The notes: generated by a model not told the origin, from the sequence alone. DNA of 64,000 bases from Eledone cirrhosa (GCA_964016885.1 OZ024743.1:262880001-262944000); one strand, 5' to 3'; numbered from the stretch's first letter, positions 28,392 to 40,278 are shown. Translations and numbers: made by a program.

Positions 28392-30680
28392 TCCACACTA
28401 GCACAGCATTTCTCCACTCATCATGTCCCTCTGTCATCTCCTCTGTGAGTCTCAGTGATTTGAGATCAGCTCTCACCATCTCCACCCAGGTCTCCCTTGG
28501 TCTACCTCTACTGAAGCTTCCCACCACAAGGATTTCTTGGCACTTCTTCACCCAGCGATCATCATTCATGCACCTCACATGTCCTTACCAAGGCAGTCTT
28601 CTTTCTTGCACACCACTTTGGATTCTTCTTAGTTCATCCAAGCTTTGTTTTTCTCTGACATTTACATCCAACAAAGCATGGTAGCTTCATTTCTCTCCAG
28701 CCTATGCATGTCCTTTGCAGTCACTGTTCATGTTTTGCTACCATGCAGCATTGCACTTCGCACACACGCATCATGCGGCCGTCCTTTTTTATGTAGGGAG
28801 AAACCTTTTGTTTTCAACAGAAAGAGGAGCTCTCTATCCTTATTCCATCGTATCCTTATTCTAGCTATTATGCTCTTGGAGCATCCTCCTCTAATTAGGT
28901 CACCTAGACAGTAGAAGCTATCAACCACTTCTATGGATCCTTAATATAATTGGAAAATATTGATATCACTGACACTCTTCTCGATTACCCCTGTGCATCT
29001 TTTACATACAAAGCCTTCCCTTCCTGTTAGTCTACCTGTTATCCCACTATATCTCTTGTGTACTCAAGATTTACATTGTATACATCATATAGAGTTTATG
29101 CCTACTCCTTTTCAACATATTGAGCACGGCCACTTCCCTGAAGGAATCAGGTTTCCTACGTACTAGTACTTTTTTCAAATTCTGTTTTCATAGTCGGATC
29201 TTATTTTCTAGTCCTTTTATGGATTCAGCTATAAAGCCAAACATTGAGACGTTCCCATGGACAGCCAGTTTCAAACTCTTCTGTTATGGCTTGGAGAATT
29301 CTGATGAACAGCAGTGGACTGAGAACCGAACTCTGATGAACTCCTACCTGCACCTTTAATTCCTCACTGAACTCACTTTACTGACAGCTCCTCTGTACAT
29401 GGCTTGCACTGCTCTCACAGGCCATTCTTCTATCCCTAATTTCCTTAAGGACCACTGGATATTTGATCGAGGTACTCTGTCAAAGGCCTTTTTTAGATCA
29501 GCAAAAGCTAAGTATAGCAGCTTATTCTTGGCTAAAAATTTCTCTTGTAGTTGCCTCACTAAAAAGAGGGCATCTGTAGTAATTTTCCCAAGCATGAAAC
29601 TGAACTACATTTCATCTAATTTGTCTCTTTCCCTAATTAGCTGTGCTATAACTCTTTCCATCACTTTCATAACTTGGTCCATCAGTTTAATTCCTCTGTA
29701 GTTGCTCCTTTCTAGAGCATCACCTTTACACTTGTAGCGATTTGTGATTGTATTGCTGTGTCAGTCATTGGGTATAACTCTCTGTCCTGTATTACTTGAT
29801 TGACTATGCAGGTTACTTGTTCAGCTCCTATTTCTGATGCATTTAGCATTACAGCAACTGTCTTTGACGGTCCCGTGGCTTCGCCATTTTTCATCACCTT
29901 GAGCTTCTTAGGCCCTATCATCATGATCGTTTTTACATCCATTTTTCCATGCTTGCATGGTCCTTCATTTGAGTAAGTTGGAGGTAGTCTCTCTTCCTCC
30001 CATTCATTCTCTACATTCGTCAGCGTCTCATAGTAACATTGCCAGGCCTCTTACTTTTAAGTGTTATTGGTGCTAAGTGCACCAGTGTCATTTCTAACAC
30101 ACTTTTCCCCAACAACTTCCTGATGCACACTGATACATTGCCGTGCAATGCAGAACACTTATGTCTCTAGAAAGTTTGCCAATGTCTTGCAATGCTCAGC
30201 ATTGGCAAACGTTCTTTCTTCAGCCTCTTTCTGTGCTATGTACACCTGTCTAGTTTCTCTCTTAGCTACCTGGTACTGGTTTCTGCTTCCCCTATTTTTC
30301 CAGTCTTTCCACATCTGTCTCTTGGCGTTAATGGCTCTATCCACTGTGCTGTTCCACCACCAGGTTATCTTCTGTCTGGTTGGTGCTTTGTTCCAACCAC
30401 AAGTCTTATCAGTAATTCGCAGTAAGTTGCCACGTAAGAATTTCCAATTGTCCTCTATGTCATATGTATCTAACTCATCTCCCCTTTCATCAAATGCATC
30501 CCATAGAGCCTTTCTAAACTTATATTTAACCAAAAGGTCTTTTAGCTTCCAAAGCTTCTGTCTTCATATTTTCCTGCATATCTTGTTCTGTCTTGTGTTT
30601 ATCCTGAGGTCACTAATAACTACCTTGTGTTGAGCAGCACATTCTTCGCCGTTAGCATTTATTACTGTCTGCCTATCTTG
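28392..30680 (-). mobile_element. Old degenerate RTE LINE
   Basis: Broken frames: TWWWNSTV, TTDALFLVRQLQEKFLAK..AFADLKKAFDRVPR, MLHGSKT, GRPRETW. Confidence 0.88.
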
Positions 30681-31384
30681 TCGTCGTCGTTATCATCATC
30701 ATCATCATCATCATCATTTAATGTCCATTTTTCTATGCTAGATGAGTTTTCCCGTTGTGAGACAAGCCAGATTAGATGACCATATCTTGCTCATACAGGG
30801 CTGATTTTTGCTTGCTTTCTATGGCTGGATGCCCTTCCTAATGTCTTCCCTTGGGCAAGGGTTGAAGCGTGCATCTAGTATGCACCACCTTCCCTCCCCC
30901 GAGGGACAGGCCAGGGATCCGCATCTTGCCTATGTATGGTTTCACATCCTACCAAGTGCACAGGAAAGGTTGTCATGTCTTTAACTCAACTGAGGATCCT
31001 CCCAACCCTTTATTTTGCAAGCTTTCTGCAGCTTGATGGCCTTCCTATCACCAACCACTTTACAGCATGTAATGGTTGCGTTTATCGTGTAGGTCACCAA
31101 CACTATTGAGGCTTTTATGACAAGCTTTCTTATCACCAACCATTTTAAAGCATGTACTGGGTGCTTTTATTGTGTAGGTCACCAACACTAGAGAACTTGC
31201 CATACTGTGGCACAACTGAAGGGTCCTCTTGAGCCCTCTCCCCTTTTTATGTATGTATACATATATATATACACACAACAATTGAATAATCTGAATGAAT
31301 GCAGGCTGTCAAATGATATCCTGAAGTCTGTGTCATTTACAGGACCACATTGATTATTATTTTTATTTTTGCTCTATTCCTTAG

Positions 31385-31502
31385 GCATGCAAATGAAGAA
31401 TTTACCATTCTTGCCAATTCTTGGCGATATTCACAACAATATTCAAATCGACTGTTTTTTGCAATGGTTGATTATGATGAAGGATCTGACGTTTTTGCAA
31501 AT
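31385..31502 (+). CDS. TUSC3/MAGT1: TUSC3/MAGT1-like internal exon B (118 bp)
   Basis: Acceptor ccttag|G, donor AAT|gtaagt. The first G completes AG|G (Arg) from exon A, then [39 protein letters not shown] (family motif LANSWRYS...FFxMVDxDEG). Confidence 0.95.
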
Positions 31503-32875
31503 GTAAGTAGACAGTGTTCTTGTTATAATCATGGTTTAACACTTTTATTACTAAACTGCCCCTGGATCTGTGATACAAAACTGTTTATTTTAATGTATTT
31601 ATATTAATCTAATAAAAACTTCCATAATAATTTTATGAAGAATCTTTAAGTTATGCTCCAAGACAGCAATTTGATAATGAGAAAGTTGGTTGTATTACAA
31701 AATCCCTCCAAACATCAGATTAATAATGAAAAGGTTATATTACTAAATGCCTCCAAATTCATGATTATTTTCAAAATTATTTGGAAATTATAGGCAAAGC
31801 CTTTCATTAGAAATATGGTAATGAAAGTGTGAACCCGTTTGACAACAACACACATAAAACTACTACTGGTTCTTTGATATAATGCTTCTTGTATAAAAGT
31901 GTTCATATACATAATTTTTATGTAGGAACCATTTCTTACATCATTTTATAGATTGTGTGGTTAAGAAGTTTGTTTTGAAACTATCGGGTTTTGGATTTGA
32001 TTCCACTTCACAGCAGCTTGGGCAAGTGTTTGCTGCCAAAATCTCAGGCTCATCAATGCCCTCTCAGTGAGTTTAGTAGAGGAAGCTAATTGTAAGACAT
32101 TAAATAAGTTAAGAGCCTTATTTGATCTTTTTTTTTTTGTTTATGTGTGTGTGTGTGTGTGGTGCCATTTGTTTATACCTTGCATAACCTATGTGACCCA
32201 CAACATAGTCCGATTGATGGTACTCAGTGGAATAAATACCACACTTAAAAAACAAGTAAGGGTTAATATCATGAAGTGCAACTGGCTGTAGAATTCTGCC
32301 TAAAATATTGAAAGAATACAATGGATACTGTATTCCTAGATAGCTATTAAAAAACAAAGATGATCTCAGCTGCAATAACTTTGGATTAACAATGAATTAA
32401 CGAAAAAGATAGTTGTTTAACTAAATTCTTTAGGGTGGGTGGTAGCTTTTAGAACCAACATGGGTGATGAGAGGAGGGCTGAGTGAGTAGAGAGGAGTAA
32501 CTAAGTGGAGAAGAGACCACTGTAGTAACAGTGAAAGAGGTAAAGGGAAGAGACAGCACATCTGTGGGCCAGAGACTGGAGAGTGTCAGAGATTGACTTT
32601 AACCAATTAGCCAAGTAACTTTTTCGGGATGCAGTCGAGGATGCCAAATGTGAGCAACAGTTGCATCACCCTAGATGTGGGAGCAATACTCCTTTGAGTG
32701 TCACGTCACATCTGAGCTTTGTCGAGAGTCATTAGTTGTTGCCAGTTGAAGTATTTTCTGACCCCAAAGAGAAGGGCCAGTCATTGGGATGTGGTCCTAG
32801 CTATGTTGAGGATGTGTGTTCGCTAGTTTTGTCAGGTATGTGTTAGATGGGGGTTAGAACATAATATCTTACTAT

Positions 32876-35800
32876 CATTCGAATCCATTCATTCAATCAC
32901 TATTCTATGTCCTAATTTCACACTATATCATATTTTCACCATTCTATATCATATTTTTTTTCTCTAAAAATCATATTTTCCCTATCACCGCATTTTCTCT
33001 ATCGTATTTTCTTAAACAAAACAAATCTTGTATTTTCGTTTATTGTTAAATTATGCCCAAAATACGGCGATCTTATCTTAAACCTTACATTCTCGCTTAA
33101 TTCTGTCATATTTTCATAACAAAACAAATCACTATTATATATTCCTTTAAATATATTTTGTTAAACTTGCTAAGTTTTACGCAAAACTTCGAGTACCTAT
33201 TTAAACTCTTAACCTCTGCTCCATCCCATCTTCTACCCCCTACCCATACATCATGCTGGTTCCTGCCCCCCCCCCCCCCTCCCTCTCTATACATATAAGA
33301 TAAACCCTACCAAAATTAATCACAATCGCCAACTCGCTATTTCTGGGATGGCTGTTCCTGCGGTATAAAGTAACGTTCAAATATTTTTCTCGATTCTTCT
33401 CTCCATTCGAATCCATTCATTCAATCACTATTCTATGTCCTAATTTCACACTATATCATATTTTCACCATTCTATATCATATTTTTTCTCGATTCTTCTC
33501 TCCATTCGAATCCATTCATTCAATCACTATTCTATGTCCTAATTTCACACTATATCATATTTTCACCATTCTATATCATATTTTTTCTCTAAAAATCATA
33601 TTTTCCCTATCACCGCATTTTCTCTATCGTATTTTCTTAAACAAAACAAATCTTGTATTTTCGTTTATTGTTAAATTATGCCCAAAATACGGCGATCTTA
33701 TCTTAAACCTTACATTCTCGCTAACAACCCATCATCCCTCCCGCCCGCCCCCACACACCACCATTATTACGTGGACCAATCATAAGTCAGAGGCCCATAC
33801 TATCGCTTAACTGGTTGCTTTTCGATATGATGGATGGACTACGGAATTCTGGAGAGTTGAAGAGAGAAAAATGTGGACGCTCAGCGACAATGCCAAAGAT
33901 AAAGACAAATTCACCTCGTGGACGAGAATGCAAGCACTCCGCCTTGTTTCGGCCCAGGATGGCTAACATAACCCCCCCCCCCCGCGCCCCACCGCTCCCA
34001 CCCTCCAAACGCAATCCAAAACTTCAGAGTTGGTACCATAACGAGGTTGTAGAAATGCTTGAACGTAAGGAGGTCGATGTTTGTTGTATTCAAGAGACCA
34101 GGTGGAGGGGAGGGTCGGCTAGATTCATCGTGGGTAAAGAACGATGCTATAAGCTTTTCTGGGTGGGAAATGACAATGGGTTGGGTGGGGTAGGAATCAT
34201 GGTAGCAGAAAAGTGGGCAGATAAGATAATAGACGTAAATAGAGTGAACGACAGAATAATTAAAATAAGACTTGTCCTCAATAAAACTACGGTGACAGTA
34301 ATATCTGCGTACGCACCACAATCCGGACTGCCCAGTGCTATAAAAGACAGATTCTACGAGACACTGATGCTCGCTACCTCCCAAATAACCGACAGTGACT
34401 ATATAGTTATTGCAGGCGACCTAAATGGTCACGTTGGACAACATTGTGACGGCTATGACGGAATCCATGGAGGCTATGGGTTCGGTACTAGAAATGAGGA
34501 AGGCTCCACAATCCTGGAATTCTGCGACGCAAATAACTTAACTATCTGTAACACTAACTTCAAAAAACGAGACAATCACTTGATCACCTATAGATCGGGG
34601 GAACACACAAGCCAGGTAGATTATATCCTTACCAGAAGACGTGACAGAGTGTCTGTTGTTAACACTAAATCCCTCCCCCATGAAGAATTCACCTCCCAAC
34701 ATAGACTGATAATTAGCGACCTCATAGTCAGGACGAGACGTACTAGACAGCGGAAGAGGACTATCCTCAGGAGAAAAATATGGAAGCTAAAGGACCCCAT
34801 AGCCAGAAATAAATTTCAAAGCATATTACTTGACGCTTTCGACAGTAAGGAAGAGCAATTAGAGTCGTATAATATAGAGGAACAGTGGGAATTCCTGAGA
34901 GCAAACCTGCTGATGGCGGCAGACGAAGTCTGTGGCTGGAGCAGGCCTGTAGGTAGGAGGAGAGTAACATGGTGGTGGAACAGTAAGGTGGAGGAGTCAA
35001 TTAAGGCCAAAAAGCAGGCTTGGAAAGCATGGCGGGATGGGGGAAGTAGAGAAGACTATCAAGTGGCCAGGAGGGAAGCTAGGAGACAAGTGTACTTCGC
35101 AAGAAGGGAAGCAGAGGAAAGAAAGTTCAAGCATGTTCTACAACGTGAGGACCAAAAACGTGAGGTGTTCAGGATTGCCAGGCAATGTGTCAAGGAAAAC
35201 CGTGATATTGTCGGGGAGAAGTGTGTACTTAACGATGATGGCATACTTGCCATCACCGACGCTGATAAGAAGGTAGCTTGGAAGTGTCACTACGAAAGGC
35301 TTCTAAATGAGGAGAACAAATGGGAGAAAGACAGTCTCCCCCACATCGACCCAATAGAGGGACCAGCAGTGTTAGTCCAGGGTAGTACAATAAGCAAGGC
35401 AATCAAAGATATGAAGACGGGTAAGGCGGCTGGTCCTTCGGAAATAGTTGCTGAGATGCTGAAGGCATCTGGTTCGGTGGGACACACCATGGTCACCCGG
35501 ATAGTTAACCAAGTCGTACAGAATGGGGTTGTTCCGAAGGACTGGCGTAGCAGCATCATCGTTAACTGCTATAAGGGAAAAGGAGATGCCCTAGATAGGA
35601 GTAACTATAGAGGCATTAAATTAATTGACCAGGTCATGAAGGTCACGGAAAAAGTAATAGCGCAACTAATCAGAGAGAGAATTGATCTAGATGAAATGCA
35701 GTTCGGGTTTGTGTCAGGCAAAAGTACCACAGACGCTCTTTTCATTGTACGACAACTACAGGAGAAGTACCTAGCTAAAAGTAAACCCCTATACTTAGCT

Positions 35801-37435
35801 TTCGTCGACTTGGAGAAAGCCTTCGACAGAGTCCCCCGTTCCATTATCTGGTGGTCTCTTAGAAAACTAGATGTTGACGAATGGCTTGTGAGAGCTATAC
35901 AAGCCATGTATAAAGAAACAGTCAGTAAGGTTAGAATTAACAACGAATATAGTGAAGAGTTTAGCGTAAAAGTTGGTGTCCATCAGGGCTCTGTTCTTAG
36001 CCCCCTACTATTTATTATTGCCCTTCAGGCTATAACAGAGGAGTTCAAGACCGGCTGCCCATGGGAACTCCTATACGCAGATGATCTAACGCTCATAGCT
36101 GAATCAATGACCGAACTAGAGAAGAAATTCCAAACATGGAAGCACGGCCTAGAATCAAAAGGCCTTAAAATTAACCTGGCTAAGACTAAAGTTCTAGTTT
36201 GTAGGAAAGAAAATAAGGCGGCGGTCCCATCTCGGAAATGGCCATGCTCAGTGTGTAGGAAAGGCGTAGGTAGAAACTCCATTTTATGTCCCAAATGCAA
36301 AGTATGGGTGCATAAAAGATGTAGTGGGATCACAGGTAAGCTAACTAAGAACATAGATTTTACATGTGGCCGGTGCTCTGGTGCAATAAGTAGCAGCAAG
36401 TGCCCACAAAATACTAGCTCCTTCAACTGCGCAGAGGGTTCTATAGAAATAGTGGACAGCTTCCGTTACCTGGGTGACAAAATCAGCAGTGGGGGAGGGT
36501 GCTCCGAAAGTACAGTAGCTAGAGTCAGAACTGGATGGAAAAAGTTCAGAGAGCTTATACCACTATTAGCCGCTAGAGGGTTCTCCCTAAAAATGAAAGG
36601 CAGGTTATACGATGCCTGCATACGAACAGCAATGCTGCATGGCAGTGAGACCTGGGCATTGTGTGCAGAGGATATACACAGACTAGAGAGGAACGAAGCT
36701 TGCATGCTCCGCTGGATGTGCAATAGTAATATACGTGAACGGCAAAGCATAAACGAACTAAGGAAAAAATTAGAAATAAGAGGGATCAGATGTTGTTTAC
36801 TCGAGAGAAGGCTACGTTGGTACGGTCACGTGATGCGCATGAAAGACGACAGCTGTATAACAAAGTGCAGGGCAATAAAGATAGACGGTAGCCACGGAGT
36901 CGGCAGACCCAGAAAAACATGGGACGAGCTGATAAATTCCGACCTCACACGCTTACACCTCTCCAAGACAATGTCACTGGACCGAGGCCTTTGGCGGTAC
37001 TCAGTAATAGAGAAGACCCGCCTTACCTAAATACAAAGTAAAAACCTACTACAGTCAGTAGGCATCTCTATCAACCCCCCCCCCCCCCCCCCCCCCCCCC
37101 CGTCCCACCACCTCCACCCCATCCACACCGCCCCTTTCAATGTAAAGTTATGTTGGTCCCACAACATCCAGGCCGAAACAAATGAGATCGTGTAGGTGTC
37201 ACGATAAAAAAACACACAGTCCACGCTGTAAATGTGGCCGTGTAGGCAACACGGTAAAAACCTCCCAGCCCCACACTGTAAATGTGGTTGGTGTTAGGAA
37301 GGGCATCCAACTGTAGAAAATCCGCCAGACAGTCCTATGCGAGCAAGACAACCACTCTTGCCTCAAGTGGGAAAACCCCTGTCCAAACCCATGCAAGCGT
37401 GGAACACGGACGCTAAACCTGATGATGATGATGAT
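32876..37435 (+). mobile_element. Near-full-length RTE-clade non-LTR retrotransposon (LINE)
   Basis: Single long APE+RT ORF, ~400-bp 3' UTR shared with other copies, (GAT)n tail at ~37420-37435. The 5' boundary is uncertain because the upstream 32876-33722 region is internally duplicated. Confidence 0.9.
33815..37030 (+). CDS. RTE LINE polyprotein: AP endonuclease + reverse transcriptase with internal PHD finger
   Basis: APE motifs CIQETRW, SAYAPQ, AGDLNGH, VDYIL, SQHRLI; RT motifs NYRGIKL, QFGF, AFVDLEKAFD, GVHQGSVLSPLLF, YADD, FRYLG; RTE C-terminus [11 protein letters not shown]...GRPRKTW. The first ~75 aa of the called ORF are probably not the native frame. Confidence 0.9.
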   Translation: MLFDMMDGLRNSGELKREKCGRSATMPKIKTNSPRGRECKHSALFRPRMANITPPPRAPPLPPSKRNPKLQSWYHNEVVEMLERKEVDVCCIQETRWRGGSARFIVGKERCYKLFWVGNDNGLGGVGIMVAEKWADKIIDVNRVNDRIIKIRLVLNKTTVTVISAYAPQSGLPSAIKDRFYETLMLATSQITDSDYIVIAGDLNGHVGQHCDGYDGIHGGYGFGTRNEEGSTILEFCDANNLTICNTNFKKRDNHLITYRSGEHTSQVDYILTRRRDRVSVVNTKSLPHEEFTSQHRLIISDLIVRTRRTRQRKRTILRRKIWKLKDPIARNKFQSILLDAFDSKEEQLESYNIEEQWEFLRANLLMAADEVCGWSRPVGRRRVTWWWNSKVEESIKAKKQAWKAWRDGGSREDYQVARREARRQVYFARREAEERKFKHVLQREDQKREVFRIARQCVKENRDIVGEKCVLNDDGILAITDADKKVAWKCHYERLLNEENKWEKDSLPHIDPIEGPAVLVQGSTISKAIKDMKTGKAAGPSEIVAEMLKASGSVGHTMVTRIVNQVVQNGVVPKDWRSSIIVNCYKGKGDALDRSNYRGIKLIDQVMKVTEKVIAQLIRERIDLDEMQFGFVSGKSTTDALFIVRQLQEKYLAKSKPLYLAFVDLEKAFDRVPRSIIWWSLRKLDVDEWLVRAIQAMYKETVSKVRINNEYSEEFSVKVGVHQGSVLSPLLFIIALQAITEEFKTGCPWELLYADDLTLIAESMTELEKKFQTWKHGLESKGLKINLAKTKVLVCRKENKAAVPSRKWPCSVCRKGVGRNSILCPKCKVWVHKRCSGITGKLTKNIDFTCGRCSGAISSSKCPQNTSSFNCAEGSIEIVDSFRYLGDKISSGGGCSESTVARVRTGWKKFRELIPLLAARGFSLKMKGRLYDACIRTAMLHGSETWALCAEDIHRLERNEACMLRWMCNSNIRERQSINELRKKLEIRGIRCCLLERRLRWYGHVMRMKDDSCITKCRAIKIDGSHGVGRPRKTWDELINSDLTRLHLSKTMSLDRGLWRYSVIEKTRLT

Positions 37436-37760
37436 TTCTAACAGTACTGATTGTGAATGGTTTGTTTGGTAGTGAATTAACTGTTAAGATGTTTATGGAA
37501 AATATACTAGACAGGCAGCAAATTGGCAGAAACATTGGAGCACTGGATAAAATGCTTTCCAGTATTTTTATTCCTTGTGTTTTGATTTCAAATGTTGCTG
37601 AAGTCAACTTTGCTTTTTATCATTTGGGTTTTAGTTACATACCAGTCTAGGAGCAGTGGACTTGTGCAATTGTTAAATCATTGGATAGAATGCCTTGTGG
37701 TATTTATTTTGTCTCTGTGTTCTCAGTTCAAATCTTGTTGTGACCCACATTGATGATAAA

Positions 37761-37996
37761 CCCTTTAAATACCAAACTACCTGAAAATTGAGACTGGTTC
37801 TGTGATACAAAACTTTATTTTAAAGTGTGTATATTTATTTAAACCTCTTCCTTCGTAATTTTATGTCTCTTTATGTTTGACACACTAATTTTATGATGAG
37901 AAAGTTATATTAAGTTCCTCCAAATTCTTGAATATTTTCAAATAATTTTGAAAATTATAGCCAGTGTCTTTCATTAAAAATATAATAATGAAAGGG
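37761..37996. mobile_element. piggyBac-type MITE (~240 bp)
   Basis: taaa|CCCTTT...AAAGGG|ttaa. Related decayed copies at ~4638-4879, 4885-5093, 5368-5615, 7773-8000 and 31551-31833. Confidence 0.55.
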
Positions 37997-38499
37997 TTAA
38001 CACATTACTTGGCTCTTGGACGCTTTTAGTTCACTTTACTCTGTTGCAAGTATTTCAACCATGTCTCTAGTTTAATAATCCATTCCTTTCTCCTTCCCAC
38101 CAGTCTCCAAGGCCTCTGAGAAGGTCCATGAGCACTGCCCCCTTCCTACTGAATAAACAGGAGAAAAAAAGAATAGATATACATGCTTACTGACAGGAAT
38201 GATATATGATTCAAGTTCTATCAAGGGCATTGTTTTTCTTTCCTGTCTCAAATTGGGAGTTATTATGTTACTTGTTGGCATGTTTAGTCATTATAAGATC
38301 AGTGAGTTGACAGAAGCAATTATGTCAGACTAAATGTATAACTGCATTTCATCCAATCCTACAAAGGTCAAATTTGTATTTTATCCTTCTAGCATTATTG
38401 TTGTTGTTGATGTAGTTCATATCTGCATGTTTCACCAGCTTTCTATGAGGTTGCATTTCATTGGAAGTTTTTTTTTTTTGTATTTAAATAAGAAACCCC

Positions 38500-38725
38500 A
38501 GTGTGTAGTTGAAGACTGTGTCTTTGGATTTGTTGTCAGTACTATGGTGTTGTTGAATACTAGCTCCTTGGATTTGTTATTAGTACTATGGTGGAGTTGA
38601 AGACTGTGTTTGGGGATTTGTTGTTACTAATGTGAAGTTGAATACTGGGTTTTTGGATTTGTTATTGATACTATGGTGTAGTTGAAGACGGGGTTTTCAG
38701 ATTTGTTGTTGGTACAATGGTTGAG
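38500..38725. repeat. ~44-bp degenerate tandem repeat, about 5 copies
   Basis: tggtgtagttgaagactg...ggatttgtt..tagtacta recurring. Confidence 0.75.
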
Positions 38726-39503
38726 TCTTTGGTATTGTGTTATTCCTTGCAGTAACTGCTATTAATTCCACCCAGGCCTTCATTTTAAGAAAGTGAAATC
38801 TTTTTCCTTTGTGGGAATATGAAAACATTGTTTGGGATCATCATCATCATCACAGTTTAACATCCATTTTTCCACGCTAGCATAACTATTTCAATTAACC
38901 AGACGGAAGAACTTGAAATGCTGGTTAATATCCTGTAGTTTTTCTAGGTAATGAACAGTATAGCTTGCTGGCTAGAATGTATAGCACTTACAGTAAACAC
39001 AGAAGAGAGGTGGTGTGAAAACTAATCTGGTTAAGCAGTATATCCATTAACGGGTTTGAAGTTTGGGTTGACAGCCATCAACATTTGTTAGACTTCAGAT
39101 TTGTTTTGACAGTAAACTGTATGGACAACCTAGCTTTGTTTTCACTAGCAACTATGTTATTTCAGGTTTGGTCTCACTGCATGGTATCTTGGCCAAGTGT
39201 TTTTTTAAATTTTTTATTATATCTTTAGGCTGACCAATGTCATCTTAGTGAATTTGATAAACAGAACCTGTATGAAAGCCTGTTATGTGTGTGTGTGTAC
39301 GCACACACACACACACACACACATAAATGACTTTTACAGGACTAGAGCTGTTTCATTCATATAAGATCAGTATAGAAACAGTTCTAGTCCTGTAGAGGTT
39401 ATTTCTACATATAATAAAGATGCCTGTACTCTACTAATGCATATTTTTTAACTGTGGTTACCTCCTTCACACAACTTGGAATATATATATATATATATAT
39501 ATA

Positions 39504-39538
<35 letters not shown>

Positions 39539-39540
<2 letters not shown>

Positions 39541-39881
39541 AGGCACATGGCTTAGTGGTTAAAGCAATCGAAAGGTTGTGAGTTCAATTCTCAGACCGAG
39601 TGATGTGTTGTCTCCTTGAGCAAGACACTTTATTTCACATTGCTCCAGTTTACTCAGCTGTAGAAATGAGATGATAGGGACTGGGGTCCATATCATTCCA
39701 CTGCAAAATGGTCGTGGAGGTGCCACGGCAAAAAAGCACCCAGCACTCACTGTAAATGAGGTTGGTGTTAGGAAGGGCATCTAGCTGTAGAAATCAAGCC
39801 AAAATCAGTTCACGTCCCACCCTTGCAAGCAGGGAAAAAGCGGACGTAAAATGAAATGAAAAATGAAATGAAATGAAATGA
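39539..39881 (+). mobile_element. SINE family 1 (tRNA head, CORE-like middle, RTE-derived tail)
   Basis: A box tggcttagtgg, B box gagttcaattc, middle ccttgagcaagacacttt, tail ggaagggcatc...ggacgtaaaatga. This copy has a small deletion in the head. Confidence 0.85.
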
Positions 39882-40278
39882 TATATATATATATAAATAA
39901 AATCATCACCATAATCATCGTTTTTATGTCCATTTTTCCATGCTTTCATGGGTTGGATGGGTCCTTTTCAGCATAGCATCTCTTTAATCAGTGCATTTAT
40001 TCATCACCTCCTCTGTGAATCTCAGAGATTTTGAGCTCAGCTCTCACCACCTTTGTACAGGTCTTTCTCCAGCTTCTCCTCTCAGTTCATCCAAGCTCTG
40101 CCCTTTTCTCACATTTACATTGCACATTTCTCTCCAGTGTACATGTCTTCTGCAGTTACCTCCCATGTTTCACTACCATGCAGCATCATACAGTTGTCCT
40201 TTTGTACGTAGGGAGAAACCTTTTGTTGTCAACAGTGGGTGTAGCACTCTAAATATATATATATATATATATATATAC

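Noticed and set aside
31350-31607. 85-aa ORF as a standalone gene
   Set aside because: Only 31385-31502 is homologous and it is bounded by splice sites; the rest is intron read-through.
39559-39780. Repeated small [20 protein letters not shown]... in many places
   Set aside because: Antisense translation of SINE family 1, with variable lengths and frameshifts.
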